Shown here: positions 48,832 through 51,176 of the stretch, piece after piece
How positions within the stretch are numbered: position 1 is the stretch's first letter
Layout of the letters: the number at the start of each line of letters is the position of its first letter
DNA from: an uncultured Bacilli bacterium
GTDB lineage: Bacteria > Bacillota_I > Bacilli_A > RF39 > UBA660
Length of the DNA stretch: 51,176 nt
Reading direction: 5' to 3'
Assembly (NCBI GenBank): GCA_947589195.1
Contig: CANPZX010000002.1
Location: 1 to 51,176 of the forward strand
The notes under the pieces: model-generated
What the model was told of the DNA's origin: nothing
The model's database searches: none
The model's input: only the letters and a program-made list of their open reading frames with translations
Program-made: the position numbers and the translations under genes

Positions 48832-51176
48832 AAAAAGCTAAGACAAGTCGAAAACCAATGTAGTTATATGCAGAGCCGTTGTCCGTATCAAACATGAACA
48901 AACCAGCTCCAACACCGACGGCACAATCGCCTCCACGATGCACCCATGGATTGCTCGTAGAAACAGGATAGCCATCGTCGCCATGCCAACTACTTATGTA
49001 TCTAGTTTGAGCAGCTATATTAGGTATCGTTCCTTGATATTGTACTTGTTTAAATGGCCCCATTTCACCGGTTGCATCACCAAAAATAAATCGACTATTA
49101 TCTTTATCATTTATACTATATGTATATATATCATAATATCTTGAATCATCTGGCAATTCTATTCCATTTGAAACTATACTTTTATCAGTATTTTTACCAT
49201 TAAATCCAGAATTATTAGTAGAATTTGGACCGGATGCTAATACGCCTGAATATTCATTATCTTCCATACCTGCCATCATATATTCATGATTTCCTCCACT
49301 CATATCAAAAATACCACTATAGTTATTTGTTGTGCTTGCTACGACACTTGCAGAATTAAAATAATTAGTATTATATGTTCCATCTAATCCCTTAGTTGCT
49401 CCACCAAATTCATTACAAGCATTTGGATATGTTGTACATGATTCATTCGTTGCTGTATAACCCGTTGTTGGTGAATTTATCGCGGCATATCCAGTTAAAT
49501 AACTAAGATTATTATTGATTCTTACCTCTTGTCTACTTCCATAGATACTATGTTGTAAATAAGCAACTGCTCCCCACTCTGTATTTTTCATCATATGACT
49601 ATTTAAATTTGCTTCGTAATTTCTTCCTACAACATAAGCTTTAGATACTTGAATGCTTCGCCATGAATATACATTTGGTTTTATTATCACATTCTTTGCT
49701 TCTTTTAAAGCATCACTTTCATCTATTGGATTTACTTGAGCTCCAGCAGTATTTTCTGCTCCTTTATATCCAGTTTCGAATTTTCCTACCCAAATACCAT
49801 TCGTATTAAATGAAGTAAAAGCTGGATGGGTTAACCATGTTTCCTTTGTTTGTCCTTTTGATACTTCAGTATCAAATCTATCTTCAAATATTACTTCTAT
49901 TGTTTGAACTTTACTTGTTATATCTGTTGTTGATAAATCTTTGTATTTCTCATCACTAAATATTTGATAGCGATATCTTGGTATCCATACAAAATAACTT
50001 TCAATATCTTCTTCATTTATTGGTTGATTTATTCCAGGATCATCTTTTCCCTCAACTAATATAACTGCATTTGCCCATTCTTGATTGGAATAATCATACC
50101 ATTTTTCATTAGTGTCAGCTCTGGTTACTTTTCCTTCATTATCTATTTTAACTGGTATTAAATTATTTTTTAATACTGGATCTGCTCCATTTAAATCTGT
50201 TTCTTGATATCCATTATAACTTAATTCATAAGGTTCCGTTTCGGTTCCTTTACCATTTGATATTAATACTTCGGGCTTTAGATATAATGTGGGCTTAATT
50301 AAATCAGCTCTCCAAACTTGATGATTACCTACTGCCCCTGTTGGGCCCATTGCAGTAATGTTGTCCCAATAATCAGTTATAGGCATAAGCATTCTTTGAT
50401 CTTTTAAAGTTTCCAATAACCAATTGGTATATGCACAATCAGTTTGATATGTATCATTTTTCCAATTATATAATTCTTGCTTTAAACATAGTTCACGATT
50501 ATTTGTACTTTCTCCACTTGTAGCATATCCATAATCTGAAGGATACATTAAAGCAATTTTGCCTTGCCATAATTTAGGGCGAGAACTTGATACTGTTGTA
50601 CTTCTTTCATAATTATAAAAATCATTTGTTATAATTCCAATACTTGTACTATTTCCTCCCAAATTCCATAAGACTGTATCTATCATATTTTTTGCTTCAG
50701 TGGTTAAACCACTCTTACTAAAATCACATTCTGTTGTTGCATTATTTTGTCCAGTCGGACAATCTCCACTAGTTCGATTATAATATGCACCAGAATTTAA
50801 AAGTAGTTGTAATTTGGCATCACTCCAATCATTGCTTCCATATGGACCTTTTGATGTTCCTTCATTGTTATTTTTATTATCATAAGACATCGCTGGTTCT
50901 AATGCATCGGCTCTTATTATTTTTACTCTTTGTCCTTCAGGTGTATTAACTAGGCCAATTATCCTCCATAACTCATTATTAAACTTAACATAATTATTAG
51001 GATTTTCTCCATAATACCTGTATTCTTCTTGTTTTAAATTAGCTATTGCTTCATTTGGATTTAAGCCATATTCATTATATCCAGCATCTACTATATTTGC
51101 ATCTTTATGACTTACTTTAACAATTCCACTTCCTCCAGCTATATCTTTATCTTCTATTGCTAATCTTTTTATATCT
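48830..51176 (-). CDS. Large multidomain protein with C-terminal C-type-lectin/FGE-like domain, 5'-truncated by the window
   Basis: Frame stays open from 50890 to the window edge (…YRYYGENPNNYVKFNNELWRIIG…). C-terminal domain has VWIPRY, THPAF, WVGKFE, EWGAVAYL, GIFDMSGGNHEY, RGG, GFRLVL*. Confidence 0.85.
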   Translation of the reverse strand, partial: DIKRLAIEDKDIAGGSGIVKVSHKDANIVDAGYNEYGLNPNEAIANLKQEEYRYYGENPNNYVKFNNELWRIIGLVNTPEGQRVKIIRADALEPAMSYDNKNNNEGTSKGPYGSNDWSDAKLQLLLNSGAYYNRTSGDCPTGQNNATTECDFSKSGLTTEAKNMIDTVLWNLGGNSTSIGIITNDFYNYERSTTVSSSRPKLWQGKIALMYPSDYGYATSGESTNNRELCLKQELYNWKNDTYQTDCAYTNWLLETLKDQRMLMPITDYWDNITAMGPTGAVGNHQVWRADLIKPTLYLKPEVLISNGKGTETEPYELSYNGYQETDLNGADPVLKNNLIPVKIDNEGKVTRADTNEKWYDYSNQEWANAVILVEGKDDPGINQPINEEDIESYFVWIPRYRYQIFSDEKYKDLSTTDITSKVQTIEVIFEDRFDTEVSKGQTKETWLTHPAFTSFNTNGIWVGKFETGYKGAENTAGAQVNPIDESDALKEAKNVIIKPNVYSWRSIQVSKAYVVGRNYEANLNSHMMKNTEWGAVAYLQHSIYGSRQEVRINNNLSYLTGYAAINSPTTGYTATNESCTTYPNACNEFGGATKGLDGTYNTNYFNSASVVASTTNNYSGIFDMSGGNHEYMMAGMEDNEYSGVLASGPNSTNNSGFNGKNTDKSIVSNGIELPDDSRYYDIYTYSINDKDNSRFIFGDATGEMGPFKQVQYQGTIPNIAAQTRYISSWHGDDGYPVSTSNPWVHRGGDCAVGVGAGLFMFDTDNGSAYNYIGFRLVLAF
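48833..48993 (-). other. Putative DGR variable region (VR)
   Basis: 75/150 G+C over 48841-48990 by hand count versus 26/120 over 49081-49200; 14 of the last 53 codons end in C; W..RGG...G.F....G......GFR scaffold. Confidence 0.6.

Noticed and set aside
454-49144. Short ORF-track entries overlapping longer genes (454-669, 1313-1552, 2528-2812, 9427-9702, 20427-20621, 21735-22007, 29637-29909, 32362-32670, 33623-33820, 38279-38644, 39813-40094, 40633-40872, 41707-42015, 46560-46772, 47708-47899, 48938-49144)
   Set aside because: Antisense or alternate-frame shadows of well-supported genes, with no recognisable motifs.
1-51176. Complete DGR cassette (reverse transcriptase, Avd, template repeat)
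   Set aside because: No ORF with RT motifs and no second copy of the 48833-48993 segment found by eye; only the target-like gene is claimed.
1-51176. CRISPR array, prophage or integrase-bearing island at tRNA-Thr
   Set aside because: No regularly spaced repeats, cas, phage structural or integrase genes, and no duplicate of the tRNA 3' end seen.
1-51176. Mollicute-type TGA=Trp recoding
   Set aside because: Long genes translate intact in the standard code, and several end in TGA within ATGA overlaps (11379, 13262, 15052, 41963, 42712).

Overview
AT-rich chromosomal window using the standard bacterial code (TGA is a stop), most consistent with an uncultured gut Bacilli lineage such as RF39 (inference from gene content and protein style). 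Almost all genes are on the minus strand. From left to right: housekeeping and stress genes (DUF975, recG, pyruvate:ferredoxin oxidoreductase, ogt, CIRCE-controlled Hsp20, SDR, CDF transporter); a ~26 kb cell-wall polysaccharide locus (10825-37020) with an Rgp-like rhamnan core, Wzm/Wzt export, a GtrABC-like decoration module with three paralogous membrane transferases (two with G10 tracts and a shared 575-bp identical block), and an inserted fic/MITE/XRE-pseudogene islet; udp; an M15 carboxypeptidase; an SOS-box-preceded radical SAM/DUF4130 operon translationally coupled to a divergent GroEL with no groES; tRNA-Thr(CGT); a heterodimeric ABC exporter; and a window-truncated gene whose last ~150 nt look like a diversity-generating retroelement (DGR) variable region. 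No reverse transcriptase or template repeat is visible in the window. Three promoter-to-terminator non-coding transcripts are predicted. All family assignments come from motif recognition by eye, not database searches.
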